Part shown: positions 38,804 through 40,372 of the stretch, in pieces | How positions within the stretch are numbered: position 1 is the first letter of the stretch | Layout of the letters: every line of letters begins with the position of its first letter | Origin: Sideroxydans sp. | GTDB taxonomy: Bacteria; Pseudomonadota; Gammaproteobacteria; Burkholderiales; Gallionellaceae | Direction: 5' to 3' | DNA length: 40,372 nt | Assembly (NCBI GenBank): GCA_041752675.1 | Contig: JBGSWB010000229.1 | Span: forward strand, 1-40,372 | Translations under genes and position numbers: made by a program | Notes under the pieces: generated by a model | Told to the model about the DNA's origin: nothing | Databases searched by the model: none | The model's input: the letters and a program-made list of their open reading frames with translations, nothing else

Positions 38804-40033
38804 CTATAGCGCCCCGCTGAACGCCTGATGCAGCAGCGACTTCTTCAGTTCGTCGAGGGCGGCGAGCTTGCGCTGGTAGAGGGATTCGAGGCGTTGGGTT
38901 TCTGCAACCAGCTCATCAAGTTGATTGACGACTCGATCTTGCACAACAATTCCTGGGATTGGTATCTGTGCAGAAAGAATATCGCCTTTGCTGATATTAA
39001 TCTGCAAACCGCCCGCCCCCTTGCTCTTGTAATACTGCTTTATCAATGGGCTAGCGAGGAAGTATCTCAAGTAGGGCACACGCACACTTTCAGAAAATCC
39101 AAACAATTTACCGACTCGCTGATTCATCAGAAAGTTTCTGCCGTTCAAATTGCTGACCAAAGTAGGGACACCAAGAATCTTTGGATCTCCCGCCATGTCG
39201 GTCATGGCAATAATCAAATCACCCTCTTTCAACAAAAACGAGGCATATTCCTTTGCGTACGAATCAGGAAGAAATCTTTGATTGTGCTCTGAATCGAAAC
39301 TTCCTCCCGGTCGGATACTGCTCATTCGAATGTTTAGCGTGTTTGAAGATTCAATGTAATCGCCTGACTTAAACGCGTAGCCATTCTGAAGATCACAAAC
39401 TGCATTGAGAGGCTTCTCCACCCATCCCTCGCCGCGCTGGGTGAAGACGGATTGCAGGTGGCTTTCGAACAGGGCGCGGGCGTTTTGCAGGTTCTGTTCG
39501 GCGGTGGCTTTGGCGGTGGCGATGCCGTCAAACGCTGCGTCGAGAATGCCGACGATGCGCTGCTGTTCCGGGAGCGGTGGAACGGGAACAAGTATCGCCT
39601 TTAGGTTGCGCAAAATTATCCGTCGAATTGCCACGCCAGTCTTCTTTCCAATCGCCTCATCCAAAAATGCTGGCGACTTCAATACATACTTAAGGAAAGC
39701 AGAATCGATTTGATTATTGTCTGGCCGCAATATCGCTAGTGAGGATAAAACAACGAAGTTCGTTTCGTAATCGACGAGAGCAACCTTGCCAACTGTGCCG
39801 TCTTTGGAAAAGAGGACGTCTCCTTTATTGGGTTTGCAACCATTCTTCAGAAGCTGATTAAAGTCGTCAGCACTTACGAACTTGCAGTTATCAAAATCGA
39901 TCTGATCGTTCTCGATGTCTCGAACAGTGATATATGGGAATCCAGAATCTGCTGTTTTAGGAGAAAAGTGACTGCCATCAGTAATCTGACGGCAAATACT
40001 CTCTAACGTTACTGTCTTCCAATTACTCTTCAC
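38804..40033 (-). CDS. hsdS: Type I restriction-modification specificity subunit S
   Basis: Two TRDs (ITDGSH.SP...GDVLFSKDGTVGK; NGYAFKS...GDLIIAMT..NQRV), conserved PPLPEQQRIV and LKKSLLHQAFSG; GTGA overlap with hsdM. Confidence 0.95.
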   Translation of the reverse strand: MKSNWKTVTLESICRQITDGSHFSPKTADSGFPYITVRDIENDQIDFDNCKFVSADDFNQLLKNGCKPNKGDVLFSKDGTVGKVALVDYETNFVVLSSLAILRPDNNQIDSAFLKYVLKSPAFLDEAIGKKTGVAIRRIILRNLKAILVPVPPLPEQQRIVGILDAAFDGIATAKATAEQNLQNARALFESHLQSVFTQRGEGWVEKPLNAVCDLQNGYAFKSGDYIESSNTLNIRMSSIRPGGSFDSEHNQRFLPDSYAKEYASFLLKEGDLIIAMTDMAGDPKILGVPTLVSNLNGRNFLMNQRVGKLFGFSESVRVPYLRYFLASPLIKQYYKSKGAGGLQINISKGDILSAQIPIPGIVVQDRVVNQLDELVAETQRLESLYQRKLAALDELKKSLLHQAFSGAL

Positions 40034-40372
40034 AACAACGCCCTGATATTCCCCAACACTTCCGCACTCTGCGCATCCAGCGCGGCGATCTCGTCCATGA
40101 TGTCCTGCGGGCTGCGATACACCACGGCCTCGCCGCCGTCTGGATTCTTCACCGACAGGTCGTAGGTGTCGGGTGCTATGCTCGCCGCATCCACGCTCCA
40201 GCTTTTGGGCGAGTCGGCGCAGGTCTTCTGCAATTCGACAAATTCGGCGAGGTCGGCATCGTTGAGCGGGTTGGTCTTGCCCATGTTGCGGCCGGGTTCG
40301 AGCTGGTAGTACCAGACCTTTCTGGTTGGTGCGCCTTTCTCGAAAAACAGCACGACGGTCTTCACGCCCGCG
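40030..40372 (-). CDS. hsdM: Type I restriction-modification methyltransferase subunit M, C-terminal part (runs off the right edge)
   Basis: AGVKTVVLFFEKG.PT..VWYYQL..GR.MGKTNPL...DL.EF, YDLSVKNP; directly upstream of hsdS. Confidence 0.9.
   Translation of the reverse strand, partial: AGVKTVVLFFEKGAPTRKVWYYQLEPGRNMGKTNPLNDADLAEFVELQKTCADSPKSWSVDAASIAPDTYDLSVKNPDGGEAVVYRSPQDIMDEIAALDAQSAEVLGNIRALL

Overview
Betaproteobacterial chromosome segment. The gene content and order suggest Gallionellaceae/Nitrosomonadales, which is an inference. Most of it is housekeeping backbone: argB 5' end, dacA-like, dat, ybeD, lipB, pduO, pssA, ilvCHI, an ECF sigma/DUF3619/DUF3106 trio, lptGF, pepA, holC, valS, tusA/rhodanese, bepA and slyX. 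Four parts stand out. (1) A copper-acquisition locus at 293-5659: an OprC-like TonB receptor (CxxxM + HxM), one canonical and one ligand-less PCuAC paralog, divergent from a RegB/RegA pair. A perfect RegR/RegA box lies between them, and RegB carries a long His/Met-rich periplasmic insertion, making this a candidate combined copper/redox sensor. (2) An RND efflux operon inserted in reverse between pepA and holC. (3) A Ser/Thr kinase-cNMP gene co-oriented with rhodanese and tusA. (4) A type I restriction-modification locus (hsdM'-hsdS-hsdR) with an embedded HTH-ImmA/IrrE peptidase + DUF4411 PIN cassette. The cassette has its own -10, probably leaderless, and is followed by a perfect 26-bp palindrome and a 20-bp direct repeat. 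Several REP-like palindromes, a sigma28-type promoter and a sigmaE-type promoter are also visible. No tRNA, rRNA, CRISPR array or transposase was recognised. All family calls come from reading motifs by eye; no database search was run.
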